From positions 141,980,001 to 142,044,000 of the forward strand of contig NC_042997.1 of the NCBI RefSeq assembly GCF_006345805.1: a DNA stretch of 64,000 nt, in the 5' to 3' direction. Below are positions 63,555 to 64,000 of the stretch, piece after piece. The notes beneath the pieces are model-generated. The model was not told the origin of the DNA. It did no database searches and saw only the letters and a program-made list of their open reading frames with translations. How positions within the stretch are numbered: position 1 is the stretch's first letter; each line of letters starts with the position of its first letter. Made by a program: the position numbers and the translations under genes. The DNA comes from Octopus sinensis. Lineage: Eukaryota.

Positions 63555-63962
63555 GGAGTGGCTATGTGGATATAGGCGCAGGAACGGTTATGTGGCAAGA
63601 AGCTTGCTTCCCAACCACATGGTTCTGGGTTCAGTCCCACTATGTGGCACCTTGGGCAAGTATCTTCTACTATAGCCTCAGGCCAACCAAAACCTTCTGA
63701 GTGGATTTGGTAGATAAAAACTGAAAAGAAGCCTGTCATATATATATGTATGTATATATTTGTGTGTCTGTATTTGTCCTCCCTACCATCATTTGACAAC
63801 AGATGTTGGTGTGTTTACGACCTCATTACTTAGCAGTTTGGCAAAAGAGACTGATAGAATAAGTACGAGGCTTACAAAAAAATAAAGTCTAGGGTCAATT
63901 TGTTCAATTAAAGGCAGTGCTCCAGCATGGCTGCAGTCAAATGACTGAAACAAGTAAAAGAA
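63555..63962 (+). mobile_element. SINE family A copy
   Basis: Family A head, core and tail. Confidence 0.8.
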
Positions 63963-64000
63963 AATAAGAGATCATCATCATCATCACCAGCATCATCTTC

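Noticed and set aside
2296-63799. Numerous 60-190 aa ORFs in the ORF track (for example ...YQIHSQGFG.PEAIVEDTCPR..., ...FLQLDALPNANH..., poly-YI/HT)
   Set aside because: They are readings through SINEs, LINE 3'UTR copies and microsatellites; the same peptides recur wherever the repeats occur

Overview
AT-rich, repeat-dense eukaryotic genomic DNA. The SINE families, (ATG/CAT)n-tailed LINE ends and TA/CA microsatellites suggest an octopus (coleoid cephalopod); this is inferred, not database-confirmed. Three multi-exon genes can be fully spliced in frame at GT-AG boundaries. (1) UBA2/SAE2 on the minus strand: exons 1-6 are present and the 3' part runs off the left edge. (2) HAUS4 (augmin subunit) on the plus strand: 9 coding exons, 343 aa, head-to-head with UBA2 (ATGs 1.4 kb apart). 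(3) DUSP12/YVH1 on the plus strand: 7 coding exons, 325 aa. Introns hold a full-length decayed hAT element with an 8-bp TSD, a deleted mariner, MITEs, a young RTE LINE 3' half whose RT carries an inserted PHD-type finger, CR1-, CRE-, HERO- and Penelope-like fragments, and many SINEs. Most of the short ORFs in the supplied track are repeat-derived artefacts. The most interesting signals are minimal type I hammerhead ribozyme motifs in sense-strand introns (two with intact cores, one decayed), a CAG/CAA tract with an overlapping uORF just upstream of the UBA2 start, and many inverted repeats and hairpins in DUSP12 introns. No clearly new multi-gene system is supported by the sequence.
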